Program-made: the position numbers and the translations under genes | Part shown: positions 11,346-11,400 of the stretch, piece by piece | Layout of the letters: every line of letters starts with the position of its first letter | How positions within the stretch are numbered: the stretch's first letter is position 1 | Origin: a virus | Virus record (IMG/VR): IMGVR_UViG_3300023545_000211 | Coordinates: 1-11,400 of that record | DNA: 11,400 bases | Strand: one strand, 5' to 3' | The notes under the pieces: model-generated | The model's database searches: none | What the model saw: only the letters and a program-made list of their open reading frames with translations | Told to the model about the DNA's origin: nothing

Positions 11346-11400
11346 GAGTGCAAGCGTAAAGCGTAGCTTTAAAAGGTCGCCTTGCCCTGCTCTCCCTCTT
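11346..11400. repeat. Terminal overlap copy B (identical to 1-55)
   Basis: Same 55-mer as 1-55. Positions 11369-11400 therefore duplicate the 3' end of the 24-200 CDS. Confidence 0.95.

Noticed and set aside
11120-11353. 77-aa minus-strand track ORF (MHSITACNWAVRSRGRRY...)
   Set aside because: It is Arg-rich and low-complexity, has no RBS, and spans both terminator hairpins and the palindrome. It looks like a chance open frame in GC-rich structured non-coding DNA.

Overview
The window is one full turn plus 55 bp of a small circular DNA. Bases 1-55 are identical to 11346-11400, so the unit length is 11,345 bp. All 16 CDS I can support are on the minus strand, many translationally coupled. They appear to form four transcription units, listed here in transcription order (descending coordinates). 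(1) Promoter at 11052-11080, then a small basic ORF, a PD-(D/E)XK nuclease, terminase small subunit, terminase large subunit, a Zn-ribbon ORF, a Cys-rich ORF and a 214-aa ORF, ending in hairpins and a terminator at 7228-7260. (2) Promoter at 7159-7187, then a tyrosine integrase. (3) Promoter at 5985-6013, then a 52-aa ORF, ParA, a ribbon-helix-helix protein and a putative Rep initiator that runs into a 4 x 22 bp iteron array and an AT-rich 9-mer array (candidate oriV). (4) A long leader, then a 108-aa ORF, a bifunctional primase-helicase, a 174-aa ORF and a 58-aa ORF, ending in tandem terminators across the circle junction. I found no capsid, portal, tail, lysis or conjugation genes, and no tRNA, rRNA, CRISPR array or transposase. 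My reading is a capsid-less hybrid with plasmid maintenance, an integrase, its own replication proteins and a complete TerS/TerL packaging motor. That makes it a candidate phage satellite or phage-plasmid-like hijacker of a type I do not recognise as described. Secondary signals are a possible plus-strand antisense RNA in the primase-operon leader, a conserved box upstream of three operons, and hairpins with conserved GTAC loops. All protein calls rest on motifs read by eye. No database search was possible.
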